Under the pieces are notes generated by a model. It saw nothing but the letters and a program-made list of their open reading frames with translations. It was not told where the DNA came from and ran no database searches. Source: Folioceros fuciformis (taxonomy: Eukaryota). From it: a stretch of DNA of 53,951 nucleotides. Position numbers and translations under genes: made by a program. Location of the stretch: assembly GCA_049999805.1 (NCBI GenBank), contig JBNGIO010005069.1, forward strand, positions 1 to 53,951. The letters run 5' to 3'. Below, piece after piece: positions 40,766 through 53,951 of the stretch. How positions within the stretch are numbered: the first letter of the stretch is position 1; each line of letters starts with the position of its first letter.

Positions 40766-43026
40766 ATGTTGACGAAGAGGTCCCAGTGTAGGTTTTGAGC
40801 ACAGTCTGCAGCTGCGACCGAGCCAACTGGAACTCGTCCCGCTGTGCCATGCTCTCCACTGCCGCTTGACGCCTCATGCACACGATAGAGAAATAAAAAC
40901 AGGGTGCTACGAAGGAGCATCATTGTCATCAAAAGGTTACACACAGGCTGCATACTTCGAGGAAAGTAATGAACGTCATGGTTTGAAAGAAAACCATCAC
41001 ACGCAGTCGGAGCGAGTGTAGTTCAGAAAGTATTTGGCAGTCATCCCAGTGCGCCTCCAAAACCCCATGCCCAGAATTTTGTACCCATCCTTGATTGCGT
41101 GCCAAAGTTCCTGTTCCAAGGCCCCTACAAAATGGTAGACACAAGTTCACTCTCATCAGTGACTGCATCGCATACACCAGTATCAGAGGCAACAAACAAT
41201 TACGCAGTTGCTTGCAAGACACATGCCAAGAGCCCAAGCTGCTGTGTTTCTACGACAAAATTGGTTGCCGCCCAGCGCCATCATGTTGTGTTCCAAGTTC
41301 TTCTCCAGCAGGCTCAGCTCCGCAGCCACTTGACAGCTCTGGCTTTTGGAGCCCACAAGTCGTGCGCCAGCAAAACCATCTTGAGCAGGACTTGGGCCGC
41401 AACCATTGCGAGTTTTGCCATCCTGATAGAAATCCCAGCACAACCCTGATGCCACCAAATAGATCCTGAGTTTACGCATCCTTGCAACCCGAAACTCAGT
41501 CTCAACCAGCACACCCACTCTCCTCTTGGACACGAAAACCGCCAGGAAGTCAGCCGACTGCATCTGCACCGGGCAGCAGATTAGGTGTCTTGTCATATCT
41601 GCACCGCTTTCTTTTTAGATCGGTTCCCCCACGATGAGAAGTGCACAACTTTGAAAAGCTTATTTGAAACCTGGACTTCAAACCGACGGGTTTGAAATCC
41701 TTCCATCCCGGGTATGGAAAGCCAGGTATGGAAATGCAGGTACAGAGAACGGTTGCAAAAATCTGAGTATGCAACGGGAACCACAAACTAATGTTGCTGC
41801 TATGTCGTGTATGTCGATATGAAGCCACGATACATCGGGTTGCGTGGTACATTGGGTTGCGCATCTGCACGGGTCTACTGACCGTATTTGCCTTAATGGC
41901 CATCACGTATCGATGGGAAAGCCCTTGGACATGGCCCCTAGCCCCAGCCTGGTACGGTGTGTGTGGCCAAAAGTCTGGCAGGGATGCAAGCCCAAAAGTT
42001 TGGCAGCACGTCCAAGAACATCATGAAACCTTTAGTTTTCCTTTTTGCACCACAAATTAAATCAAGATGTCAAGGTGCATGGCATGGTGCAAGACAGAGG
42101 AAGGACAACTAACTCTACTGTAGTGGAAGCATGTTCAACAACATCATGACACCTTTAATTTTCCTTTTTACACCTGGTGACAAATCAAATCAAAATGTCA
42201 TGTTGCATGGTGACAACAAAAGGCAATGACTCTGGCATACCAAAGGCCGGGTGTCGCAAAATTTTTCTGAACACTTCACAAATGACTCAAGCTTGTGGTA
42301 CCTACCACGAACACTTGCCGAACCTCACTGGGGCTGCAGGAGATGGTGAAAAAATTACGTTTGGGGTTCGGTCTCGGGCGTAGCCTGAGGCTTCTTGGTT
42401 TGGTAACATGGCCGGGGCTGACACTCTATTGGTTAGTGGCCGCTATGCGGCACTGACAGCTTTGGGGGAGGGCCTAGAGTGACCACAACGGTATATACCC
42501 CATGAGAAAATATTATAGAAAAAGCATCCCCCCTTTCTCATAGGTGACCTCCAAGAAAGGTGGCTCCCCTTTGTTCCTTACAATGGAAGCAAGTTCAAGG
42601 TTGTTCAAAATTCATGAAACCTTTTTTTTCCGCTTTCTGCTGCACCACTCGGCATAGTCGAAATGTTGAGGCGCAATATGGTGTACAACAGAGCAAGGAC
42701 AAAAGGTATGTTTCGGATGTCTCACGTAGGACATGAGCAAGCTTAGCTTCCTTTCTTATTCTATGCTAGTTGTACCCACCTCCAGGTGCTAGTTGTACCC
42801 ACCTCCAGCCAATAAAATCTCCCACGACAACCATATGTATTACATGATTGTACACCGCCGAACATGAATGCTGTAGCACTAGGCCTGCAAGGGAGACCCG
42901 GGACCAGGGACCAGGGACCAGACACATATGGAAGGCTCCAGCCTTGTGCATGTCACCTTTTGCTGAAGCCTAATAAATAATTACTGAATCGCTACTTTTG
43001 GAGACCTAGCCGGAGCTATGTATGTA

Positions 43027-44846
43027 CAGTCAAACCCCTCTAATTGGGACCCCTATAAATGGTAACCCCCTTTAAATGGGACGTCCGGGCTTACTCCCTT
43101 GAATGTGCTACATGCTAAATGGGAAACCCCTCTAATTTGTAAATGGGAACCCGAACATTCAATGCAAGTACACCTCTATAGAAGGAAAAGGAAAAATACA
43201 TATTAAAAAACTGAGATCGAAGAGTAGCCAGGTTCTTCTGCTTAAAGGACCTTTACTTTAGGTACAGCCCTAAATAAAGGCGGCCCCGTGGGCACTATGT
43301 TCGTAACCTGTCGCTTCTTCAGACTTACCATAGAGCACTCCTATTGCAGTAAACAAAAAATTGAGGAAATCATCTTATTGAGATTAAATAATGAGTTATT
43401 GAGATTATGTCAAGTTAAAGGCTATCGAGATTATATCATAAAACATAGACAGTCATCGAGATTGGGCCTATATATGTAGTAGTTCTGTACACAATGCTTT
43501 GAGATCAAAAGCATTGTTCCTAGTACATAAGTTGTTTCATTGTACAAGTTGTCTTATGGTGTTGTAAGTTGTCTTGCTGTGAGATATTTTGTATGTGTTC
43601 CTTACCCATTCTCTTTGACGTGTAGGAACAATGCCGCCCAAGCCACCGCACAAGCATGCTACCCTAACAAAGCAACAAAAGAAAGAGGTTTGCGAATATT
43701 ATGTTCAACACTCTTGCACACTTAAGGAGTTGACTAGATGGACAACATAGAAGTTTTCAATAGCTGCTTGTAAAAGTGCATTGTCTAGGATTGTGAAAGA
43801 TAAAGACAAATGGTTGGACCCTGCCATTGGTCCAATAATTAATATGGTAAGAATGAGGGATAGACTAGTCGTATGCCCACAGGTTGACCATGGAGTATAC
43901 ATTTGGGCTCTTGCAATCCAAGCTCAAGGTGCCACAATCTCAAATGACTTGCTTCGTGAGTGCATCAAGTTGTATCCTGACTATTGTGACTATCAAGCAA
44001 TGGTTATGTTGGTAAAAGCTTGGACTTCGTTTGTGAGTCCTCATACCATACGCAATTGTTGGAGGCACAACACTTTGGATGCAAAATTGCGTGCACAAGA
44101 TGCTTGGTTCCGTGAGGCTTTGGATCTAAACAGCGCACCATATGATCCAGAGGATCCATTGTCGGATCCTCAAAATCTCCCTAATTCGTTGGAAATGTAG
44201 GTAGAAGAACTACAACAGTCCATGCGAAGCTTAGCATTATTAACATCTAAGGATATGATAGGAATTGTTGATGTTGGATATCCAACGATGACAGTTGAAG
44301 AGTATCTGAACTTTGAGGAGGATGAAATATTGAAGACTGCGTATATTCCTAGAGAGAACGAAATATGACAAGCATTAATCCCTCCGCCTGTCAATGAGAA
44401 GGGTGAGGAGAATGATACAGCGTCAATGGAGACCATAGTGCCAAGACCGTGTACGACAAAGGATGCTGTAGATAATCCTATGAGGATAGCGAAGATGTTT
44501 TTGGAAGGAATGCCACATAACTAACACTCTTGATGCTTTGAAGTTGCATTCTCAATTGGAAAAACATGTTGCTAGTCATTGGATGAAAGCAACTCAACAT
44601 CAATAGGATTGATGATTATTTTAACCCAGCAAACTAGAATTAGGTTGGCAGCTATGTAGTACGAGGGAGGATTTTGGATTTTTTGGAAGCTTTTAAGCTC
44701 TTTCTTTCGAATTTTTGATTTAAATGATTTTTTGATTTTTTTTTTAAATATTTTTATTTTCAAGAAAGATGAAAATGCCCGAGAACCCCTCTAAATGGGA
44801 CAATTTTTACTACTCCCAATTGTTCCCAATTAGTGGGGTCTGACTA
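43027..44846 (+). mobile_element. Internally deleted pogo/Tigger-like (Tc1-mariner superfamily) DNA transposon
   Basis: 23-bp TIRs (CAGTCAAACCCCTCTAATTGGGA, 20/23 match) flanked by TA. Subterminal CCCCT.TAAATGG repeats. N-terminal HTH-like LTKQQKKEVCEY..SALSRIVK from 43631, and the pogo-type C-terminal KAW..VS..TIRNCWRH. The catalytic DDD core is absent. Confidence 0.85.
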
Positions 44847-44948
44847 TATACCCTCCTTAGAGTGAGTGCACGATCACTTTATTCCAAGGTTTACGCCGAG
44901 CCCACACGTATTTTATGCAACTACACCTCGCTTGCCCTGTCAGGCTAG

Positions 44949-46724
44949 CTAGTACTCCCCAACAGCCTCGATGCGTACGGGGACACCAGTTTTGGGGGCG
45001 ATGCCAGACCCGAAACGTTGAGGCCACTGTCTGGCTTATCTACTGTCCACCTGTTTCATGACATCCAATGTCGGCACCCCAGGTCGTACATGTCGATACG
45101 GGCACGTGCGCTTTGTATGGACATACGAGCTCTTGCAGAAGAATTATGGGGACACACCTGAATTTGAGCATCACGTGATGCAACATCACTTTCATGTTCA
45201 TTAGTGCCAGCTCCTTCCCAAGTCACAACCTGCTTCCACCTCCCCATGCCGTCAGGGAGAGGGGCTTCGGTGGCCCCTGTTGTTAGCATCGGAAACTGGT
45301 GCGTTAGAAGGTAACTGCCAAGATGATGTTCGTTGTCTAATGATTCGGGACGTATCTGTAACGATTCTGGTGTTCAATTGAAGAATCATATTCTCACATC
45401 GAAGCGAGAGGGATTAAATATCTCCGGGTCTTCGAAGATATCTGGACTATGATGCAAGTTTTGAACACAAACAGCCTCAAACACAACGTTCCAGCCCTTA
45501 GGAATGTGGTATCCTGCAGGTGGCACAAGTAGAGTTTCAGGTAGTGGCAAAGCTTCGAAAAACTCTGCAGAGCGTTGGTCAAGCACCGTGACCCAATGCT
45601 TGGTAGGACTCCCCGCTTGGAGTAGAGAAGGAAAGTAAAAGGTTTCCAATCCCAGGAGCAGCTAGCATACATACCGTTGAATGTAAAATCCTCCTTCACC
45701 TGTCGATGCAACCAGAAACCAATAAACGACACTCGGAGTGTCTCGTTGATCACCAGCGCATATAGCATGCACACATGAGGCAAGACAAATGGATCTTAGG
45801 TTACGCCAGATCAAGATTGCAGTGAGTATTGGGCCACCACTAGGTTGGAGAATGTTCAGGGATCCGAGTCTCACTTCAAGGTGTAGGCCATCGGTTGGCC
45901 AAGATCCGCCCACACCAGTGCCTATCCAGCTTGTTTGTTTCGTTTGAGATCCACATGCTCAGCCTACCGTTAGAGCGACAGAAAAACCAAACAACAAGGT
46001 GGGGTCGCTTGGACGCAATCTGTTCCAAACCAATTTCGTTTCCTATGGGCGACGTCTGTGATACATCGCCGGGACTATGGCTCACCAGTAGCTTCTCCTT
46101 GGCGAGGAATCGGGGTCGACTGCCTTCGTCATTTCAGTCAGCAGGTCGCTAAGAACAATTTTTCCGCTCCTTCTCAGCGCGAATTCGGTGCCGAACATTT
46201 TGCCCAGTTCCTTTCTGGCCTGCACGCCCAGTCCACTTGCCTTGTTAGATACATTGTCGCACATCACGAGTCTTGGGAGAACACGGAAATGTGTGCTCCA
46301 AATTGGGCCGAGAATAAATTGGTACCTACATGGCCTCGTGAAAGGCGAATCCAGGAAGATTGATGGGCACCCTGACCAAGCTGCTACTCACTTTGTCCGT
46401 GAGCTCCAAGCTCCTGCCCCGCAGTGCACCAGGACCCCAGCTCAGCATTAACCTGACGATCACGTGGTACGCGAACTTCGCACTGCGGTGAGCAACTAGA
46501 AGTTAGCAATAATCACGAGCTCTGACTCCGCAAACGTTGTGGCCCATTCCTGGTGCACGCACCTTGGCCACGTGGTGTCTCATGACGGGGCCGTCGCCCT
46601 GTTTCCAGGACCTGAGGGCCTCCAGAGCCGATTTCTCAGACACCGGCAGATACTTCTTAGTGCTTTCGCCGATGAAACTCTGGTTGAGAATTTTGCGATA
46701 GAACTTGTGGGTGGGGCCGTGCAC
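44949..46724 (-). pseudogene. Lineage-B cytochrome P450 pseudogene, 5'-truncated
   Basis: Collinear with the neighbouring intact genes. The heme Cys codon is mutated to TGA (WGGGSRL*LG, 45223-45225). The I-helix segment is deleted near 46100, the last exon is frameshifted, and the N-terminal part is missing beyond 46724. Confidence 0.92.
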
Positions 46725-47429
46725 AGTGAATCATTCGGGCCTTCCTCTCAATCTAGCTCCCTCCTCGATGCATATGGAATTCGGGTTAAGAGTGTGGGCT
46801 ACAAAGATGGCCAGGCTCCTGGAAATGGAGGAGCTGCAATGGTTTTGTGCCTAGACTGGACGCAACAGTTACGTATCTGCTGTAGGTATGGCTGAATATT
46901 CGGAACTTTGGCCACAAATCCCTTCCTCGACCTTCCTTCGACGGATTTTGCTCTGCGAAACGGCACCACAGATCTTCTGGGAGCTCCTGCGCCTCACTAA
47001 CGTGCTGTTCTTAGCCAGCTTAGTGTCTTCACCATTAGTCTGAATAGATTGTGGTCCGGGGTCAAGTTTGGCTTGTTTGCTAAAGCTGTGGGGACAGCTT
47101 GGAGGTAATGGAGTCGGGGCCAAGGTGAGAACACATAAACCTGCTGTCCTGGGGTCAGGGCCAAGGTGAGAGCACATGAATCTGCGGGCTTCCATCTTCT
47201 GCTTGTTACTGGAGAGCTGCATTGCCCTGGGGTTGGTGCCAGGGGCTCTACTGCATCGGCCGTCGTGATGTGGGGCTCAGCTTCTGCTCCCTTCAAATTC
47301 GGGAGCGGGATGGGTTGGTGCCAGGGGATCTACTGCATTAGCCGTCATATGATGTGGGGCTAAGCTCTTCTGCTCCCTTCACATGTGGGAGCGGGAGTGG
47401 CCTCCATACATACCTTCACATTTGGGAAT

Positions 47430-47712
47430 GGGAGAATCCAATGCAAATTTCAAATTTCTGTAGCTGCGAGATGCCATACATAAGGATCCGAGTGCAAATT
47501 TCAGTAACTGAGAGGCCTGTATGGAGGATCCGATTGCAAATTTCAGTATCTGCGGGGAGGATCCGAGTGCAACATTTAGTAGCCGCAATTTCAGTAGCTG
47601 CGAGGAGGATCCAAGTGTAATTTTTAGTAGCTCCGAGGCCCTTTAGTCCGCAATTGCAGTAGCTGCGAAGAGGATCCAAGTGTAATTTTTAGTAGCTCCG
47701 AGGCTCTTTAGT
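47430..47712. repeat. Degenerate ~35-65-bp tandem repeat (GGATCCGAGTGCAAATTTCAGTAGCTGCG) in the DNA that replaces the 5' end of the P450 pseudogene
   Basis: GATCC..TGCAAATTTCAGTA cores recur about six times. Confidence 0.75.
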
Positions 47713-48518
47713 TTAGGATTGTGGCATCCAGTAGTGCATATCAATAAGGCAAGGGAATCACGTTATGTTGGCATAGGTGCATAGGATGTGTACATTGGGG
47801 CAATAATGGATCTAGAGGGCATACAATGTTCCACACTCCCAGAACAAGATGGCACACAAGTCTACACACCAAGTGTAGACTCACACAACCTTGGTAGGCA
47901 AGATCTTTATAAGGCGCTTTTCTTCCTTGCCCCTTCCCTAGTTGACTTCATGGTGGTCGTTCTGCAGAAAAATTAATTTTAGGTACCTTTCATATTAACT
48001 ACTTTAGGGTACTCTTCATTCATTTATTTAGATACGTTATAATAAATTACTTCCACCAGTGTATAATGACATGCTGGCTGGAGGACTGAGCATTAGTATC
48101 ACATTGAGAGGCTGCTTCTTGTGGGCTACTGGAGGATGTTGAGAAACTGCTTTTTGTGCCTCTTTGAATGCTGATAGCCCATGGCTGTAAAGAATACTGG
48201 CTCACACTCTTGACAGGGAAAGTTTGCCTTCAGATCATAGGCTAGGTTTTTCTTCAACACCGCAGGTGTGTGACGTTCAATCACCTCTAGCGGGAACTTC
48301 ATTTGTTGTTTTAGTGAACCTCAAGCGGGACTCAATACAATTGCTAAGTACGCTCAGTATTAAACGCTCATAATTGTTAAATTGTTTTCTTACTCTAAAC
48401 ATAAAATACGCTCCCGACCGTCTGTGGGATGGATGTTCGATGAACATCAAATGTAAACCGCTTCACATGGTATCCACATCAAGGCCGTGTGCTATCCTGC
48501 ATTAGATTTGTCGGCACA

Positions 48519-50768
48519 CTAATAGTCTTCAACCGCCTCGATCCTTATGGGGACGCCGTTGTTGGGGCATGGCAGACCCGAAATGTCGAGGCCGGTGTCT
48601 GGCTTATCCACTGTCCACCTGTTTCACCATCAGATCGGCACCTATCGGTGAGCCAAGATTCTGAAGCAATATTTGGGGATGCGGATTGTGAAATTACTGC
48701 ACCAATATGTGAAAGGATGAGGACGGACTTGAACTTGAGCATCAGGTGATGCAACATCACTTTCATGTCCATCAGTGCTAGCTCCTTCCCAAGGCACAAT
48801 CTACTTCCACCTCCAAACGCTAGCAGGGTGTAAGGCTTCGGGGGCACCTGTTGGTAAGTAGCCACGGAACGCAGAGTGTCCACAAGATCACTACCAAAGA
48901 TGTCGTTCGACGTCTCTGAGTCGGAGCTGGCTGTGAAAAAATTAATGCCGAATTCAAGCATCAGGCGACTTACATCGAAGCGAGAGGGATTGAACTTCTC
49001 CGGCTCTTGGAAGACTTCTGGACTATGGTGCAAGTCATGGGTGACATGCACAAGGCTCCAGCCTTTAGGAATGTGGTATCCTGCAGGTGGAACATTCATG
49101 TGTGTCAGGCACTTAGAAAGCTTCAGAAAAATTGCGGCAATCAAGCACTAGTTTGTGACCCTGTTAGGAATCCCTGCTGGGAGTAGGGAATGAATCTGAA
49201 CGGGTTGGTGAGGCCATCCACAGCATTCATACCATTGAATGTGAAGTCCACCTTCACCTGTCGATTCCACCAGAAAGCGATAGAAGAAACTCGGAGGGCC
49301 TCGTTGATCACCTGAGGCACACGAGACAGAGACGGGAGGGTCTTAGGAGGCCAGATTTACGTGAGTAGCTGTGTAGCACGTGGGTGAAGATTGTTGAGGC
49401 ATCCGAGACTCACCTTCGATGTGTAGGCCATAGGTTGGCCCAGATCCGCCCATGTCAGGGCCTCTCCAGCATGTTTGTCTCTTCTCAATGCCAAGTGCTC
49501 CGCCTGAAGTTCAAACAGACAAAACGGAACCTTGAGGTGAGATTAGCTTCGATCCAAGATATCCCAAAGGAATGTCGTTTCCTATGGCTGAGCTATGTGA
49601 CAGCCCGAGGCCAGGCTCACCAGCAACTTCTGCTTGACGCTGGGATTCTCATGCAGCAACTTGACGAGCCAAGTGAGTGTGTTGGTGGTGGTCTCAAAGC
49701 CAGCAACCATCAGGGTGATAAGATTGTCCTTCAGCTGCTCGTCCTCCAGGGCAGGCTGGTCGCTGGAAGAATCGGGGTCAACAGCGTTCATCATCTCGCT
49801 AAGCAGGTCATTGCGAACAATTTTTTCGGTCCTTCTCAGCGAGATTTCGACGTCGAAAATTTTGCCCAGCTCTTTTCTTGCCTGCAAGCCCAGACCGCTC
49901 GCGCTGTTAGATTTATTGCACTCATGGCAAGGAGAAGTCGAACACTGCGCTACAATTACGCCTGGGATGGATTGTCACCTGCATCGCTTTGTGAAAGGAG
50001 AATCCAGGAAGATTGATGGGCACAGTGAGCAAGTTGTTTCTAACTATTTCGATGAGCTCACGACCCCTGTCACGCACAGGACCAGGACCCCAGCTCAGCA
50101 CCAGTCCCACGATCACATGGTAAGCAAACTGCGCACCGTCAGCAACTCCTCATTACAATGACAAGCTCACAAACATTGCACGTTGCGCACCCACGGGAAC
50201 AATGCGCCAATTCTGGTGCACTCACCTTGGCCATGTCGTGCCTGACAACCGGGACGTCGCCCCGCTTCCAGGAACTGAGCGTTTCCAGAGCTGCTAGCTC
50301 CACCACCGGAAGATACTTCTTGATTCTTTCGCCCATAAAGGCATCGTTCAGCATTCTGCGATAGAGCTTGTGCTTGGGGCCGTGCACATTGATCATGGAC
50401 TCCTCGCCTACTAGCTTCCTCCCGGGGAGCATCTGGTGCGCGTTCACCAGCTTGTCCTCCCCAGCGACTAAGAGTTTGGCCGCCTCGGCGCCCTTGAAAA
50501 ACACATACGGACTGCCCAACAGGTGCGATTTGAAGACGTCGCCATGCTGGCGGAAGCGCTTTGTTGTGAATGTATCCAGATCCCCGGTCTTGAAGTAGCC
50601 CATCAGCTCCATCGTCTCTCCCAGCAGCGGGAAGCCCATAGCCCCCGGCAGCTGCTTCGACCCCCTGGGCGCCCATATACCCCTCCGCTCCCAATACCTC
50701 CACACTGACCAGCTCACAGCAAGCACCGCAAGAGCCACCCCCGTCTCCACAGCCAGCGTCACGTCCAT
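48519..50768 (-). CDS. Cytochrome P450, CYP85 clan (lineage B, CYP722-like), 8 exons, 482 aa, intact
   Basis: Exons 50768-50226, 50128-49979, 49881-49621, 49503-49414, 49311-49233, 49080-48974, 48847-48729 and 48618-48519 (1449 nt). Motifs AGFETTT, EALR, PEKFNPSRF and heme FGGGSRLCLG. Confidence 0.95.
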
Positions 50769-51527
50769 GGCAGCCCCGCGATTCTTCCTTGGGACGGGAT
50801 GGAATCTTCAGGATGCCATCCTGTAGCGATCTCTCCAGCTTTACACAGATGACTTCACAGGGTGAAGTGTGTAGTCCATCGAAACTAGACGCTGCAGCTT
50901 TTTCCTCCGAAGACCTTTTCTGCGTACGTACGACGCCTCTGAAACACGTGATAGTACTGTAGATGAGACTGCCAGAGGGATCCAGAAGGCTCATTGTGGC
51001 TGCTGCAACTTTGCTAAAACTGGAATGAATTGATTGGCAGACTCAGCCAAAGTCCCTGACCTCATGGTTCGCCTTTTGTGTTAAAATACAGTATTGACGC
51101 GTTACGTTTGTCTGTCGATACCTCGTCCGACCCGCACATATCCTTCAATTGGTGGATAAGATTGTCAAAAGGTTTGATTACAGCAAGTCCTTACGTATCA
51201 CGTCAGTGGTGAGAGCTGCTACATGGATTTAATGCAAAGGATTTAACGTACGGGATACATCCGATACATATGTATACTGTACACAAGCAGACATATATGT
51301 AGGTTGATTGCTCAGAATGACACCTACTGTAGTACTGATCCGTCCGAAGGGGGGGGCATAGTGGAGTTTAGATGTGGACCCCCCCCCAGAGTTTCAACTG
51401 TTATTAGGATACGGGAGAAGATGAGCGCTCCTCCCGCCATCTGTCGTCCCCATCGCGGGGGTTGGGAAGGCGCCCACACGTCTGGAACCCCAGGTTCTCT
51501 TTTCATAGCTAGGTTGGCAGACTTGGC

Positions 51528-53856
51528 CTAATACTCTGCTTGAACAGCCTCGATCCTTATGGGCACACCGTTCTTAGGGAATGGCAGCCCCGAGACTTGA
51601 AGGCCAGTGTCTGGCTCATGTACTGTCCACCTGTTTCAACGCCATGTCGGCACCCAGTTGGTTAGCCAAGAAGCATGTAAGTGGGGACGTGGATTGGAGC
51701 ACATGACTTTTGAGCGATTGCAGAAGCTAGAACTACAGCGACGCACCGGAATGTGAGCATCATGTGATGCAACATCACTTTCATGTTCATTAGTGCCAGC
51801 TCCTTCCCAAGGCACAATCGGCTTCCACCTCCCCACACCAACCAGGTGAAAGCCTTCGGTGAAACCTGTTAGTACCATCGGAACGCAAGATGTCACAGCA
51901 GAGCTTCCAACATGTTGTTCGTTGTCTATGATTAGGAGATGTGTGTGACAATTGTAGAGGTGAATCAAAGAAACAAACTCTTACAGCGAAGCGAGAGGGA
52001 TTGAACTTCTCTGGGTCTTGGAAGATTTCGGGACTATGGTGCAAGGTCTGAGTGTCAAGCACAATGTTCCAGCCTTTCGGAATGTGGTATCCTGCAAGTA
52101 GCACATGAATATCAGGTAGTGACAGTCAAAGCGTCGAATTCGGGAATATCAGTGTGAGAGAGGAAATCAAGCACTACTTCTGTGACCCATGTAAGGACTC
52201 CCCACTTGGAGCAAGAGAAGGAATCTGAACGGTTGCCAATGCCAGGTGCAGCATACTATGTCATACCATTGAACGTAAAGTCCTCCTTCACCTGTCGATG
52301 CAGCCAGAAAGCGATAGACGACACTCGCATTGCCTCGTTGATCACCTACATGCACACATGAGACAAGACAGGTGGATGTTAGCTCACTCCAGATTCCAGT
52401 GAGTACACGTGGGCCACAACTAGGTTGAAAAATGTTAAGAGATCCGAGTTTCACTTTCAAGGTGTAGGCCATAGGTTCGCCGAGGTCTGCCCATATCAGT
52501 GCTTCTCCGGCTTGTTTGTTTCTTCTCACAGCCACATGCTCAACCTGCAGTCACAAACATGAAAACCAAACGACAAGGTGGGGCTCGCTTGGATCCAAGC
52601 TGTTCCGAACCAATTTCGTTTCCTATGGACGACGTCCTAAAGTTTGATAATCCCCGGGACCATGGCTCACCAGTAGCTTCTCCTTGACGCTGGGATTCTC
52701 ATGCAGCAGCTTGGCAAGCCAGCTGAATGTGATGGTGGTGGTATCATACCCAGCGATAATCACGGTGAGCACAGTGTCCCCTAGCTGCTCGTCGTTCAGG
52801 GCTGGCTTGTTGCTGGGAGAATCGGGGTCGACTGCCTTCATCATTTCGTTCAGCAGGTCGACGCGAACAACTTTTCCGCTCCTTCTCAGCGCGATTTCAG
52901 TGTCGAACATTTTGAGCAGCTCCTTTCTTGCCTGCACGCCCAGTCCACTTGCCTTGTTAGAGCTATTGCGGCCCATCGCAAGCCTTGGGCGAAGTTGGAC
53001 ACCTGTGCTCCAATTAATTTGGGCTTGGAATGAATTCGAACCTGCATGGCCTTGTGAAAGGCGAATCCAGGTAGATTTACAGGCACCGAGATCAAGCTGG
53101 ACGTCACTATTTTGCTGAGCTCCAAGCTCCTGTCACGCACTGGACCAGGACCCCAGCTCAGCACCAATCCGACGATCACGTTATAAGCGAACTGCGCACC
53201 GTGAGCAATTAACTACCAGTTAGCAAACATCATAAGATCTGCACAAGCATTGCAACTAGTTGCACACAAACGGTAAGAGTAGCCTTTGCCGTTCCTGGTG
53301 CACGCACCTTGGCCATCTCATGTTTCATGACGAGGACGTCGCCCTGCTTCCAGGAACTGAGGGTCTCGAGAGCCAACCGCTCCGACACCGGCAGATACTT
53401 CCTAATGCTTTCGCCCATGAAGCTTTCGTTGAGAATTTTGCGATAGAGCTTGTGTCTGGGGCCGTGCACATTGAGGAGCGACTCCTCGCCAAACAGTTGC
53501 CTCGCAGGAAGGAACTGGTGCGACTTTACCAGCTTGTGCTCATTTGTGATCATGAACTTGGCCGCCTCGATGCCTCTAAGAAACACATACGGGTTCCCCA
53601 ACGCGTGCGACTTGAACACATCGCCAAACTTGCGAAAGCGCTTGGCCGTGAATGTCACAGGATCCCCAATCTTGAAGTAGCGCAGCAGCTCCATCGTCTC
53701 CCCCAGCAGGGGCAAGCCCATGGTCCCCGGCACCTGCTTCGAGCCCTTGGGCGCCCACATACCCCTCCGCTCCCAGTACCTCCACATTGGCCAGGCCACA
53801 GCCAGCACCGCAATCGCAAGCGCCACTCCAGTCTCCACACCCCATGTCACTTCCAT
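51528..53856 (-). CDS. Cytochrome P450, CYP85 clan (lineage B, CYP722-like), 8 exons, 485 aa, intact
   Basis: Exons 53856-53308, 53191-53042, 52931-52671, 52544-52455, 52345-52267, 52091-51985, 51865-51747 and 51630-51528 (1458 nt). Motifs AGYDTTT, EAMR, PEKFNPSRF and heme WGGGSRLCLG. Confidence 0.95.
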
Positions 53857-53951
53857 GGCTTCCCTCCGGATCCGATGCTTTCAACAACGTCAATTTCAGG
53901 AACGCAATGCAAGTGCAATCCCTCCCACTTCACGCCATGCTCAGATTCATG

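Noticed and set aside
40695-41600. Possible spliced minus-strand gene remnant
   Set aside because: No identifiable motifs and no consistent splice model could be built.

Overview
Land-plant nuclear DNA with short (about 70-140 nt) GT-AG introns and TTTAGGG-type motifs. A compact non-seed-plant genome such as a bryophyte or lycophyte is my inference only. The window looks like a candidate diterpenoid biosynthetic gene cluster that is being eroded by transposons. It holds seven CYP85-clan cytochrome P450 loci from two lineages. Lineage A (CYP707/CYP88-like) has one intact gene (5161-7395) and one 3'-truncated gene (7536-9442). Lineage B (CYP722-like) has three intact genes (17791-20050, 48519-50768, 51528-53856) and two pseudogenes. 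These surround one full-length gamma-beta-alpha bifunctional-type diterpene synthase (24150-36800, minus strand). The synthase is now a pseudogene, with stops, frameshifts and a broken splice acceptor. It is also split by a 9.6-kb nest of three Ty1/copia insertions. Also present are a CRE/R2-like non-LTR retroelement remnant next to degenerate telomeric repeats, a MULE/SWIM transposase relic, an internally deleted pogo element, an AT-rich SUV3 helicase fragment and several tandem arrays. Gene models were built by hand from splice signals and conserved motifs. Family assignments come from remembered motifs, not database searches.
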